From assembly GCA_964531785.1 (NCBI GenBank), contig CAZHFF010000004.1, positions 1,169-65,168 of the forward strand: 64,000 bases of DNA. The letters are read 5' to 3'. The DNA is from an uncultured Candidatus Saccharibacteria bacterium (GTDB lineage: Bacteria; Patescibacteriota; Minisyncoccia; Phycocordibacterales; UBA12088). Position 1 is the stretch's first letter, and each line of letters starts with the position of its first letter. The notes under the pieces are model-generated. The model was given only the letters and a program-made list of their open reading frames with translations, did no database searches and had not been told where the DNA came from. Made by a program: the position numbers and the translations under genes. This document shows positions 63,390-64,000 of this stretch, piece after piece.

Positions 63390-63957
63390 TGTAACCGAGC
63401 AACCTCTTGTTTTCATCAGAGAGCTTCTCTACGAGTTTATAGTCCTCCAGAAGCTTCTTAAGATCCTTGATTCGCTTGGTTATATCAGTGGCACGTCTAA
63501 CGGTTAGCATCCTTGTTACGCAAGCATCAACATCTATATTCTGATTGATGATTGGTTCAGGACTTGCCAGAAGAAAAAGATCGGCACCAAGAATTTTAGC
63601 GAGCTGCTTTAGTTCTTCGTTCGTATAGAACTGACTCGGCCAGCTATCTCGTTTATTATCGTTGGCTTCCTTCGAAAGAAGCACAGCATTACGAACACTC
63701 AGAGGGTATAGCCACCGTGATGGCAAAAGATGGTCGACAGCCCACGATTTCCTTTCTTCAAATTTAAGCGGCTTGCCCGTTTTGAAACACTTGCCTTCAA
63801 ATCTCTCAAAAAGGGCTTTCAGATCGAGGCGCTCATTGGTGCCGGCAAGTAACAGTTCTGCTGTGCGACGACGAGCTGCAGACTCGTGCAACTGCTCTTT
63901 AGTTCGCTTCGGATTCAAACTTGCATTAATCACCGCCTTACATCCACGGCATTCCAT
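63382..63957 (-). CDS. HNH endonuclease (candidate restriction partner)
   Basis: CFKTGKPL...WAVDHLLPSRW...NAVLLSKEANDNKRD (C..C / DH / N / N HNH pattern) plus N-terminal CRGC; 3' ends overlap the methyltransferase by 8 nt. Confidence 0.75.
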   Translation of the reverse strand: MECRGCKAVINASLNPKRTKEQLHESAARRRTAELLLAGTNERLDLKALFERFEGKCFKTGKPLKFEERKSWAVDHLLPSRWLYPLSVRNAVLLSKEANDNKRDSWPSQFYTNEELKQLAKILGADLFLLASPEPIINQNIDVDACVTRMLTVRRATDITKRIKDLKKLLEDYKLVEKLSDENKRLLGYIK

Positions 63958-64000
63958 CTGCTTCTCAAGAGGACCCCATCCTGTGTGACCACTAAAGGCA

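Noticed and set aside
1-64000. Search by eye for CRISPR arrays, tRNA/rRNA/tmRNA genes, reverse transcriptases (retron/DGR) and long exact repeats
   Set aside because: I found no regularly spaced direct repeats, no tRNA-like T-arm/acceptor pattern in intergenic regions and no RT motif. Absence is not proven without tRNAscan-SE, Infernal and a CRISPR finder.

Overview
64-kb bacterial chromosomal window. It is GC-rich for the first ~51 kb and compositionally mosaic from ~51.4 kb to the right edge, where it looks AT-richer by eye (not computed). No rRNA, tRNA or CRISPR array was recognised by eye. All family calls come from motif recognition in my own reading of the translations; no database search was run.

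The GC-rich part carries mostly ordinary genes:
- a secreted peptidoglycan-binding/beta-propeller protein, partial and missed by the ORF track
- a CBS-less IMP dehydrogenase immediately preceded by a TIR-like (ThsB/DUF1863-type) gene
- a cold-shock protein and a stress cluster (KGG, YbjQ, HD, PAP2)
- a GH3 glycosidase and an atypical orphan response regulator
- an exopolysaccharide locus: hyaluronan-synthase-like GT2, UDP-sugar dehydrogenase and two NodB deacetylases
- a K+ channel
- a two-gene [FeFe]-hydrogenase module (fused NuoE/NuoF-like protein plus HydA)
- a decayed IS30 transposase next to orphan genes
- acetate kinase, SAM decarboxylase, SerA, a histidine kinase, a fused trehalose-6-P synthase/phosphatase, an aminotransferase and an MBL hydrolase

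The right-hand ~13 kb is accessory:
- a decayed paralogue of a histidine-phosphatase gene which, with the intact copy, brackets a PQQ-dehydrogenase + cupin insert
- a prophage-like fragment: ParB-methyltransferase, a second methyltransferase and a small-terminase-like HTH protein
- an AT-rich defence-island-like block holding two modules. The first is a KAP P-loop NTPase operon (KAP, an overlapping helical partner, and a possible UDG-fold gene behind an alternating 10-mer RNA element). The second is a tandem-domain DNA methyltransferase convergent with an HNH endonuclease.

The KAP operon is the best candidate for an undescribed system. The TIR-like/IMPDH pair is second.
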